Assembly: GCA_001003855.1 (NCBI GenBank)
Contig: LCPX01000011.1
Coordinates: 3,681 to 47,663 of the forward strand
From: Candidatus Moranbacteria bacterium GW2011_GWE1_49_15
GTDB lineage: Bacteria > Patescibacteriota > Minisyncoccia > Moranbacterales > GWC2-37-73
Direction of reading: 5' to 3'
Length of the DNA stretch: 43,983 nucleotides
Part shown: positions 27,701 to 34,856 of the stretch, piece after piece
Numbering within the stretch: position 1 is the first letter of the stretch
Layout: each line of letters opens with the position of its first letter
Made by a program: the position numbers and the translations under genes
Notes under the pieces: model-generated
Databases searched by the model: none
Told to the model about the DNA's origin: nothing
What the model saw: only the letters and a program-made list of their open reading frames with translations

Positions 27701-28149
27701 ATGAGCAAATCCCCGCCCGCTTCCCCCAGGTGCAACCATTCCGGCATAAGTTCGTCTATTTTCCAGATATTGTTTTTAAGGGACGTGAAACTGTTGTCGT
27801 CCCAGTTGACATAAAAAGCGATCACCTTGGGACGCACCGTCGCGGCTTGGTTTTTTTCAGCCTCAAGCCTGATCTCTTCCGCGGATTTCAAAACCGTTCC
27901 GTCAGGAAGTTGCCGGATGGCAGCCGCAGGAAAACCTTCGGCTTTGACGGCGTTGGAAGCCGCCCGATATTGAAGCTGGGGGTCCTTCAATTCAAGCTTC
28001 GGAAGGAGCGGCGATTTGACGACGCTGACTATCATGACGAAAAATATGACGAAAAGAAACGCCCCCGCCGAAACCAGCGTCCTGCGGCTATAGCGGGACC
28101 TTCTGTTTTTTTTGTCATAAAATATCTGGTTGATGTTCAGCGCGGCCAT
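24724..28149 (-). CDS. GH18-like / polysaccharide deacetylase (CE4) / GT2 synthase fusion (PgaC/IcaA-like)
   Basis: GINIDFEG and LMAYDEH (GH18-like); LTFDDGP, HTYTHP, FRPPY, LLHDSG (NodB); PAFNE, DDGSTD, LDADT, TLAEDAD, QRFRW (GT2) plus TM helices; start set at MAALNINQIF. Confidence 0.9.
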   Translation of the reverse strand: MAALNINQIFYDKKNRRSRYSRRTLVSAGAFLFVIFFVMIVSVVKSPLLPKLELKDPQLQYRAASNAVKAEGFPAAAIRQLPDGTVLKSAEEIRLEAEKNQAATVRPKVIAFYVNWDDNSFTSLKNNIWKIDELMPEWLHLGEAGGDLLIDNQRRQDETLEFIRQNRGDLRVVPLINNFNEITQRWDTDRLVGMLSEESARKKAVEGLHGFVKSNKFAGINIDFEGVPDANQDELFLFMQELYAKFHPEGLVVTQDIPLDDDSFDIGKLSTVTDFLVLMAYDEHYAGGTPGPVSSRSWYSTALARVFSQVPPNKFIVALGGYGYDWTEGEAISNTLSFQDAIRIARESEAQIGLESQSLNPTFDYYDEKNKLHKVWYLDATTVYNEMVIGRQFGNPHGFALWRIGSEDPSVWNVFADREKLDLSTVRKLDVMRYGFDLVYEGEGEILKAETSPHDGLRKITYNAQSGLITKESVLTYPSSYVITRWGGEDGKKVALTFDDGPDRAYTPKILDILKRYDVPATFFVVGVNANINTDILKRIYREGNEIGVHTYTHPDVSAITQRQFKLELDASQRLIESVLGRRSLLFRPPYAEDVEPATPDQVSPLISANSLGYYTIGMHIDPKDWSRPGWENIVGKTVEDIRAGKGNIVLLHDSGGDRSQTVEALPYIIEKLKEEGYQLVTVSDLMGIGRDGVMPMMSFKERLLGKINNAAFLMISYFSGFMRTMFMVGIFLGSLRFFYLSILAVAQRIRSKNAPYKKNSGSYAPSVSVIVPAFNEERVIVKTVEAILDSTYSDFNVIVVDDGSTDSTFDRVSAKFGNNPKVDICFKGNGGKSSALNFGIARTEAEIVVTLDADTLFRPDTMEKLVRAFVDMRVGAVAGNSKVGNRINILTKWQALEYITSQNIEKRAFEVMNCITVVPGAVGAWRREAVLEAGGFSNDTLAEDADLTFSILRSGKLVVFEDEAIGLTEAPDNTRDFIKQRFRWMYGTLQTAWKHRDTMFKAKYKGLGNFAVPNVFVFQVFFPLISPFMDLTIILSFFWVGWQKYSHPLSFSSSASFGQILVYYLLFLAMDFLTGMIPFFLEHRERWTLLFWLPLQRFYYRQLMYYVAIKAFFTAVMGKIVGWNKFERKATVESAVLRPE

Positions 28150-28239
28150 ATATGTCGTATATAAAAATGATCGATCGAAAGGGCTTTCGTGCATCCAATG
28201 CTTAATACAAAACATTTTTCGAATTTGTTCGACAACGAA

Positions 28240-28277
28240 AAACGCGCCTCCGCCGGTTGGCGGACGAGGCGCGCTTT
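28240..28277 (-). terminator. Terminator with a 16-bp palindrome (28249-28264) in its loop
   Basis: AAACGCGCCTC...GAGGCGCGCTTT around TCCGCCGGTTGGCGGA. Confidence 0.65.
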
Positions 28278-28292
28278 GAATCCTGGTTTTTC

Positions 28293-29156
28293 CTATCTCC
28301 AATATATCTGGCTCCTGGTGACTATCTTTTTCCAAGGTCCGTCGGGAATATCTTTTTCCGAAACGAATCTCCAGTCGACCTTGTCTATGTCGGAAAGCCC
28401 GAGATAATCCTTGACCGCCGGGGACACATCCAGCCCGGCACTCTTGTTTGTTTTGCTCTTGGGGGCGTCTTTGCCGAAAACATAATTCTTGTCGTCCTCC
28501 TTGAAAGGTCCGACGTCCTGCCATTGGGCATAGGAGGTTTTCCCCCCTTTGATGATTTCTATCCATTGGTTTTTCAAAACGGACTCGTCATCCTTCCATT
28601 TCTTTCCCTTGGCCCAAGTCGCCAATTCGAAAACATCCTTCTTCCTTTTGCCGTCCTCGTCGAAATCGTTGTATGGAAGGGCGAAATAGAAAGGGTTCTC
28701 CTTGGGCGTGAATTTCGCCGGAAAATATCCTTTTCTCTTTTCGGGATCATCCACGCCGCCGAAATGCTTCACCCAATCCTCATCCCAAGCGCTTGGCAGA
28801 TTGGAAATGTTTTTGTTGTCCTTCCCTGCCTCCTCACCCGCCCAGAAAACGGTGGCTGTTATGTTTTTGTGGAGCGGATAGCTGCTTTTCGGGTTTATTT
28901 CAACAAGAGCGACTTCCGGCGGATTTTGCTCCTTCGAAGTTTCTTGCGAAACGTTTTCCTCGGACCCGACGGTTTCCAGGGCTATTTCCGCGATTTTTTC
29001 CAGACCATCCGTCGGTTCCTTTTTGGCTACCGCTTCGCTTATCGCAGGATCAGCCACCGCATTATCATTTTTGACTTTGTCGATATAACCCTTGGCCAAG
29101 CCTACGAAAACGACGACTGAAACCAGGGGCAAAAGATATATATAACCTTTTCTCAT
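28293..29156 (-). CDS. Exported protein with an RlpA/DPBB-like C-terminal motif; paralog of 39907-40671
   Basis: N-terminal TM; ITATVFW.GE, SAWD, ENPFYFALPYND, AQWQDVGP, GLDVSPAV. Confidence 0.8.
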   Translation of the reverse strand: MRKGYIYLLPLVSVVVFVGLAKGYIDKVKNDNAVADPAISEAVAKKEPTDGLEKIAEIALETVGSEENVSQETSKEQNPPEVALVEINPKSSYPLHKNITATVFWAGEEAGKDNKNISNLPSAWDEDWVKHFGGVDDPEKRKGYFPAKFTPKENPFYFALPYNDFDEDGKRKKDVFELATWAKGKKWKDDESVLKNQWIEIIKGGKTSYAQWQDVGPFKEDDKNYVFGKDAPKSKTNKSAGLDVSPAVKDYLGLSDIDKVDWRFVSEKDIPDGPWKKIVTRSQIYWR

Positions 29157-29285
29157 GTTTTGTTTTTAATATTTTTTCTGTCTTCCGCTTCTTTCCGGCA
29201 TCGGAAAGCTAGCATCAAAAGCAAAAAACGTCAATGGAATCGACGCTTTTTGGCTGACTGAAAGCTTTTGTTTTTATGAAAAAAT

Positions 29286-29777
29286 TTATTCCAATTCGGC
29301 GACACCGAACGGAACGGAAAACGCGCGGCACCAAACCCACACCTCGTCAAAATCGGCAGGGTCTATATCCGAAGTTATTTCATAATTCTGACTCCCCTCG
29401 TTTCCCTTGAGCGCTCCCAGTTGCGCGCTTGCGGAATATTCCCCGTCCTTTCCGAAATGCACGAAAAGATCAGGACCGTTCGTAACTTTGAAATCACTTT
29501 CAAACCTGACGTATTTCTTGCCATCCGTTTCTATGATCCTTGCTGTCCCGCTGGCGCTGTGCCCGGCTTTTCCCATAAAGGTTCCCTGCGACACCACGCT
29601 GACAGGGATTTCTTGCTGCACCTCACTGATTCCTTCCTGAGATGCGTTTTCACCAGCATCGGGGTTTTCCATAGGAACCTCCTCGTTGACGGTTCTGGTT
29701 ATGAACAGGGGCGACACCAACCAATAAGTCACCCCCAAGACCGCGACTCCTGCGATTACCAGAGATATTTTTTTCAT
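29286..29777 (-). CDS. DM13 domain-containing exported protein
   Basis: GTFMG..GHSASG, FKVTNGPDLFV, LGALKGNEGSQNY, VWVWCRAFSVPFG.A.L. Confidence 0.9.
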   Translation of the reverse strand: MKKISLVIAGVAVLGVTYWLVSPLFITRTVNEEVPMENPDAGENASQEGISEVQQEIPVSVVSQGTFMGKAGHSASGTARIIETDGKKYVRFESDFKVTNGPDLFVHFGKDGEYSASAQLGALKGNEGSQNYEITSDIDPADFDEVWVWCRAFSVPFGVAELE

Positions 29778-29943
29778 AAATTTTCCAATCCCTTGTTAAC
29801 TCTTCTTATTACATCGATTATACGTCTTTATTTGCGTATGTCATAATGTCAAAACATGGACTTGCGCTTTTGATCGCGATGGGAAGGATTCTTCGTCCGA
29901 TTGCGTACTAACAAACAGCGCTAATTTTTATCGCAATTTAATT

Positions 29944-30972
29944 ATGACCAAAAAAATAACCTACTCGCTGCTCGTTTGCATAATATCACTGGGAGCTTTT
30001 TTCTCAGCTTATTGCATATTGGACAGAAAAGATGCTCCCTTATCGGAACAACCGACAGTGATAGAGAACGAAACGGAAAAAGAAGCCGCCAAAAAGCCCC
30101 GCCCGGATTCCATCCCGGCAATGGCTGAAATGGATTTCGAGGGAGATACCCTTCAACTAGGAAGGGTCTTGGACGACAACGGTTCGTACACCCGCCATTT
30201 TGTAACCTACCGGAGCGAAGGATTGGTCATTTCGGGAATAATGAACATCCCTAAGGGACAAGGGCCTTTCCCTGTCGTCTTTTTGAACCATGGGTACGTC
30301 GCGCCCGAAGATTATTCCAACGGACAGTATTTCCGCAGGGAACAAGATTTCTTCGCCCGAAACGGATATGCCGTCTTTCAAAGCGATTACCGGGGATACG
30401 GCTCTTCCGATCCCGATCCGGATGAAGACATCCGCCCCAGAAGCGGCTACGTCGAAGACGTCCTCAACGCGATCAGCGCGGTTAAAAAAGCTGGTCTGCC
30501 CTCGGTGGACACTGAGAACGTCTTCATGTTGGGACACTCCATGGGAGGAGGAGTCACGCTCAACATCATGGTCACCAAGCCGGAAATCGCCCAAGCTTAC
30601 GCCCTTCTGGCCCCCATCAACGCCGACTACAGAGTGAATTTCGAAAAATGGGTGAAGACCGACAACGACTTCGACGGCATCGCGGAAAAGTTCTACGCAA
30701 GATACGGAACATACGAAGAGGCTCCGGAAACCTGGGAAAGCTTTTCAGCCAAGAATTATTTCGACCGCATAACCTCTCCGGTCATGCTGCACCAAGGGAC
30801 GCTAGACAGGGACGTGCCGGTCGAATGGTCGCGCGGACTCATGAGCGACTTGGAAAAAGCCGGCAAGGATATAACTTATCATGAATACCCCGGCGAAGGA
30901 CACACGCTGTATGCCGCCCAGGACATGTTCATGCGAAGAACTCTGGATTTCTTCAATGGAAATCTCAAGTAA
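29944..30972 (+). CDS. Exported alpha/beta hydrolase (S9 peptidase-like)
   Basis: LNHGY, DYRGYGSSD, GHSMGGG nucleophile, HQGTLDRDVP, YPGEGH. Confidence 0.9.
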   Translation: MTKKITYSLLVCIISLGAFFSAYCILDRKDAPLSEQPTVIENETEKEAAKKPRPDSIPAMAEMDFEGDTLQLGRVLDDNGSYTRHFVTYRSEGLVISGIMNIPKGQGPFPVVFLNHGYVAPEDYSNGQYFRREQDFFARNGYAVFQSDYRGYGSSDPDPDEDIRPRSGYVEDVLNAISAVKKAGLPSVDTENVFMLGHSMGGGVTLNIMVTKPEIAQAYALLAPINADYRVNFEKWVKTDNDFDGIAEKFYARYGTYEEAPETWESFSAKNYFDRITSPVMLHQGTLDRDVPVEWSRGLMSDLEKAGKDITYHEYPGEGHTLYAAQDMFMRRTLDFFNGNLK

Positions 30973-31037
30973 GATATTGACAATTCGTCTTCTTCCGGCT
31001 ATCCTATACCGATTGCGCTAAACAACCGGAACGACAT

Positions 31038-31424
31038 ATGGGTAAACGAAAATTCAAAGTCAAAAGATCCTTGGCAGGACTGGGCCTGTTCGCGGCGGAA
31101 AACGTCTCCGAGGGGGATTTCGTCATCGAATATACCGGCGAGAAGATCACCCACGCCCAAGCGAACGAACGGAGAGGAAAATACCTCTTCACCCTGAATT
31201 CGCGCTATGTGATAGACGGCCGGGGCAGGAAAAACCTGGCAAGGTACATCAACCATTCCTGCGAACCGAACTGCGAAGTCATCATCGAAGGAAGCGAGAT
31301 TAACGTCTATGCCGTTCGAAGCGTCAAACCAGGCGAGGAACTGACTTATGACTACGGCCAGGAATACTTCAAAGAATATATCGAGCCTCGCGGCTGCAGA
31401 TGCGCGCATTGCGCGAAAAAATAG
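31038..31424 (+). CDS. SET domain protein-lysine methyltransferase with post-SET cysteines
   Basis: GLGLFA, IEYTGE, ARYINHSCEPNC, GEELTYDYG, CRC..C. Confidence 0.93.
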   Translation: MGKRKFKVKRSLAGLGLFAAENVSEGDFVIEYTGEKITHAQANERRGKYLFTLNSRYVIDGRGRKNLARYINHSCEPNCEVIIEGSEINVYAVRSVKPGEELTYDYGQEYFKEYIEPRGCRCAHCAKK

Positions 31425-31430
31425 AGAACG

Positions 31431-31458
31431 AAAAAACTCCCCGTTGCGGGGAGTTTTT
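31431..31458. terminator. Bidirectional terminator
   Basis: AAAAAACTCCCCG-TTG-CGGGGAGTTTTT between convergent genes. Confidence 0.8.
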
Positions 31459-31470
31459 GATGCTTCAAAA

Positions 31471-31869
31471 TTATTCCGTCGTCACTCCGTCGAAATCGGC
31501 CTCGTTCTCCTCAGCTTCTTTTTTCGTCGCGCGCACTATTCCGTCTTTATGGTGGGCCGGCGAATAGATCGTATACATCTTAAGAGGCTCGCTGTCGGAA
31601 ACGTTGATGATGTTATGCTCAGCTCCGGCCGGAACCACCACCGCCACACCGTCGGAAAGTTCATATTCGTTTCCGTCAATCACGCATTTCCCTTGCCCGC
31701 TCTCGAAGCGGAAAAACTGGTCGTTCTCAGGATGGACTTCCATGCCGATGTCTTCCCCCGGAGCGAGACTCATCAGAACCAGCTGACTGTTTTTGCCGGT
31801 ATAAAGGACCTTTCGGAAATTGCCGTTTTCCAACGTGTCCTTTTCAATGTTTGAGCGGAATCCTTTCAT
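31471..31869 (-). CDS. Cupin domain protein
   Basis: NFRKVLYTG..SQLVLMSL.PGEDIG.EVH..DQFFR..G, VPAG.EHN, YTIYSP.HH. Confidence 0.92.
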   Translation of the reverse strand: MKGFRSNIEKDTLENGNFRKVLYTGKNSQLVLMSLAPGEDIGMEVHPENDQFFRFESGQGKCVIDGNEYELSDGVAVVVPAGAEHNIINVSDSEPLKMYTIYSPAHHKDGIVRATKKEAEENEADFDGVTTE

Positions 31870-31929
31870 GTTTTTTATTAAAAATAATTATTAACGCGCA
31901 CGGAAACTATTACTATTATACCACGATGA

Positions 31930-32655
31930 TTATTCCCTTTCCTGTCCGCAAAAATACAGACAAGGATCGATCCAGCCGGAAAGCTGGGCTTCGTTTTGCG
32001 CGTATCCCAAAATATTGATATCGCTTCCCTTGCGGATGCCCAAGTGCAAATGCTTCCTTTCCCCGTCCGTTTCCACACTGTAACCGTTGCCCAAAACCCC
32101 GATTTCCTCGCCTACGCCGATTTCATCGCCGATATTTTTGGAAATGCTCGACAATTTCAAATGCCCATAAACCACGGTAACGGCCTGGTTTCCTATCTCG
32201 CACTCCTGCACAGCCAGTCCGCCGTATCCGCTGGCGGTCCTTTTCGAAAGGAGTTTTCCGGAACAGATCGCCTTCACCGGGACTTTTACTTCCGCCTCCA
32301 GCTCCTCGGGGAAAACCTCCAGGTCTATCGCCGTGTGGTATCCGGAAAACCTCTCGGGGCTGACCGGGGAATTTTGCGGGGTGACGAATTTGCCGAACGG
32401 CTTTTTGGAAACCCTTTCCGCCACCCTATCTAAAGGAGGACGCAATTCGTCTTCGAAGTTTTCCTCTGGAACAAACGCCGCCATGCCGTCGCTCTCCAGA
32501 TAAGGTTGTCGGATTTCTTCCGTTTCCGCGCCGTTTTTCCAAGCACCTCCATCTTCCTTTTTCCAGAAGCCAACGTCAGGATAATAAAAAGAGAGGGCGA
32601 AAAAAACAGCCAAAAGCAATGAGATCGCCAATGATATTTTGAAAAATTTTTCCAT
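31930..32655 (-). CDS. M23 family metallopeptidase, exported
   Basis: HTAID (HxxxD), YGG, YGHL, HLH motif; N-terminal TM. Confidence 0.88.
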   Translation of the reverse strand: MEKFFKISLAISLLLAVFFALSFYYPDVGFWKKEDGGAWKNGAETEEIRQPYLESDGMAAFVPEENFEDELRPPLDRVAERVSKKPFGKFVTPQNSPVSPERFSGYHTAIDLEVFPEELEAEVKVPVKAICSGKLLSKRTASGYGGLAVQECEIGNQAVTVVYGHLKLSSISKNIGDEIGVGEEIGVLGNGYSVETDGERKHLHLGIRKGSDINILGYAQNEAQLSGWIDPCLYFCGQERE

Positions 32656-32658
32656 ACC

Positions 32659-33219
32659 TTATTTATAAAGCTTTTCGAATTTTTTCTTAAACTTGGAAAG
32701 TTTCGGCGCCACGACCAGCTGGCAATACGCTTTATCAGGGTTTTTCTCGAAATATCTCTGATGATATTCCTCCGCCGGATAAAATTTATCCAAGGGGACG
32801 AGCTCCGTCACGATCGGGTTTTCATAAACCTTCTGGTCAGTGAATTCGTTCCTGACCAATTCCGCCGTGTTCCTTTGTTGCTCGTCCGCATAAAGTATTA
32901 TGGATCGATATTGCGTCCCCACGTCGCTTCCTTGGCGATTAAGCGTGGTCGGATCGTGGACGGAAAAGAAAACGTGCAGGATATCCTCATAGGAAATCTC
33001 CTGCGGATCGAATCCGATTTTGATGACTTCGGCGTGGCCGGTCTCCCCGGCGGAAACTTCTTCATAGGTCGGGTTTTCTCCGCCAGTCGGCGGATGCCCG
33101 CCGGCGTAACCCGAAACCACGGATTCCACCCCCCTGACATGCAAATACACCGCTTCCAAGCACCAGAAGCATCCTCCTCCGAGAACCGCGGTTTCCAATT
33201 TTTTATTTTCCTTTTTCAT
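32659..33219 (-). CDS. msrA: Peptide-methionine (S)-S-oxide reductase MsrA
   Basis: GGCFWC, GYAGG, TGHAE, HDPTTLNRQGSDVGTQYRS, AEEYHQ.Y. Confidence 0.97.
   Translation of the reverse strand: MKKENKKLETAVLGGGCFWCLEAVYLHVRGVESVVSGYAGGHPPTGGENPTYEEVSAGETGHAEVIKIGFDPQEISYEDILHVFFSVHDPTTLNRQGSDVGTQYRSIILYADEQQRNTAELVRNEFTDQKVYENPIVTELVPLDKFYPAEEYHQRYFEKNPDKAYCQLVVAPKLSKFKKKFEKLYK
33079..33094. repeat. 16-bp palindrome inside msrA
   Basis: TCCGCCAGTCGGCGGA encodes (H)PPTGG between GYAGG and ENPTYEEV. Confidence 0.75.
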
Positions 33220-33607
33220 TTGGATTGAATTTTAAAGAGACTGAATTTATACAATACCTCTTGTTGGTAGGAGGAGGTCCGTCGTCGAAGACGTGTCCCA
33301 AATGCGATTCGCAACGCGCGCAGACGACTTCCGTGCGGAACACCCCGAAAGAATAATCCGGACGCTCTTCGACATGTTCGGGATCGATCGGGGCGAAATA
33401 ACTGGGCCAACCCGTGCCGGATTCGAATTTCTCCCCGCTTTCAAAAAGCGTCAAATCGCACGCCGCGCAACGGTAGACGCCTTCGCCATGACCCTTCCAA
33501 GCGCACGAATGCGCCGGCTCGGTACCTTTTTCCCTCATCACCTCATATTGTTCGGCAGTTAGAATCCTTTTCCATTCCTGTTCGCTTTTTTTTATTTTCT
33601 CAATCAT
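33203..33607 (-). CDS. msrB: Peptide-methionine (R)-S-oxide reductase MsrB
   Basis: GTE, CAAC, KFESGTGWPSY, RTEV.C..C.SHLGHVFDDGP, RYCINS. Confidence 0.97.
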   Translation of the reverse strand: MIEKIKKSEQEWKRILTAEQYEVMREKGTEPAHSCAWKGHGEGVYRCAACDLTLFESGEKFESGTGWPSYFAPIDPEHVEERPDYSFGVFRTEVVCARCESHLGHVFDDGPPPTNKRYCINSVSLKFNPNEKGK

Positions 33608-33805
33608 AAATTTAAAATCGTTTAAAAATATAAGACCGTCTTCCTTCCTTTTTATAATACATGCCCTGCGGTCCGTTCTTACAAAAAACCTTGCAAATTC
33701 CGGGAAATATTAGAAAAAGACGGCTGTATTATTACATGTTAAGAAACTTTGCGGGCTGTCTGCGGAAAATAAAAAATCCGCAGGAAACCGGTTAACAACA
33801 AACAT

Positions 33806-34783
33806 ATGTATAAGATAATGATCATAGGGAGCGGATTCGTCGGGCAAGCCACGGGAAAATCATTCGCCAAACTAGGCCACGGAGTCACATTCTGCGACAC
33901 CGACTCCGAAAAACTGAACGATTTGAAAAAGGAAGGTTTTGAAATATCCTCCCCGGAAAACATCGGGCGCGCGCAAGCCGACATTTTTTTCCTGACCGTA
34001 TCGACACCCACGGTGAACAAAAAAATAAAAATGGATTTCATTTTGGCGGCCGTGAAAAACCTCGCCCAGAAGGCGCTCAGGGTCGCCAAGAACCGTCCTT
34101 TGGTGGTGGTGAAAAGTACGGTTCCCCCGGGAACCACTGAAAACGTCATAGCCCCCCTGCTGGAGAAATATTCAGGAAAAAAATCCGGCAAGGATTTCTT
34201 CGCGGCCATGAACCCCGAATATCTCCGCGAAAGGGTGGCCTTGGAAGATTTCGAAAATCCGAGACTGGTGCTCATAGGCGCCAACGAGGAACGAGCCAGG
34301 AAAATACTAAGCGACCTTTATGCCCCATACGAAGACAAATGCCCGATTGCATTTTTGTCCCCGACCGGAGCGGAAATGCAAAAATACACGCATAACCTCT
34401 GGAATGCGGCCAAAATATCCTATTTCAACGAGATGCGCGCGGTCGCCAAGAAAATGGAACTGGATGCCGACAAAATATTCGAACTGACCATGAAGAGTGC
34501 GGAGGCTTCCTGGAATTCTGCTTATGGAACCAAGGATTTCGGACCTTTCGGCGGCAGTTGCCTCCCCAAGGACACTTCGGCCTTCCTGAAATGGTCGAAA
34601 GAGCAGTTGGACATGGACTTGCCTCTTCTCAGATCGGTTATTTCGGTCAATGACGCGTTGGTTGAAAAGATAACTACGGAAAAGGAACGCGAGAAAATCG
34701 TCGAGATCAAAACACTTTCTCCCATATTCTACCTGGAACCAAAAAAGATCGGAGTGGAAAGGAATGGTTTCGAAAGGGAATGA
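33806..34783 (+). CDS. UDP-glucose/GDP-mannose 6-dehydrogenase family protein, short form (AlgD-like)
   Basis: GSGFVG, VSTPT, KSTVPPGTT, NPEYLRE, AEMQKY..N, catalytic FGGSCLPKD; the C-terminal domain is absent. Confidence 0.88.
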   Translation: MYKIMIIGSGFVGQATGKSFAKLGHGVTFCDTDSEKLNDLKKEGFEISSPENIGRAQADIFFLTVSTPTVNKKIKMDFILAAVKNLAQKALRVAKNRPLVVVKSTVPPGTTENVIAPLLEKYSGKKSGKDFFAAMNPEYLRERVALEDFENPRLVLIGANEERARKILSDLYAPYEDKCPIAFLSPTGAEMQKYTHNLWNAAKISYFNEMRAVAKKMELDADKIFELTMKSAEASWNSAYGTKDFGPFGGSCLPKDTSAFLKWSKEQLDMDLPLLRSVISVNDALVEKITTEKEREKIVEIKTLSPIFYLEPKKIGVERNGFERE

Positions 34784-34856
34784 CGGACGGAGCGATACGT
34801 CCCGCATATCCTGCAAGCAGGGATGGGAATTTTTCCTAAATTAAAAAACAAAAAAT

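Noticed and set aside
28150..28566. 138-aa N-terminal extension of the GH18-CE4-GT2 ORF
   Set aside because: It overlaps the upstream gene in another frame and runs through a terminator
33700..33805. Riboswitch upstream of the alginate-like operon
   Set aside because: Only a simple CTGCGGA/TCCGCAG hairpin is present; no recognisable c-di-GMP or other aptamer consensus
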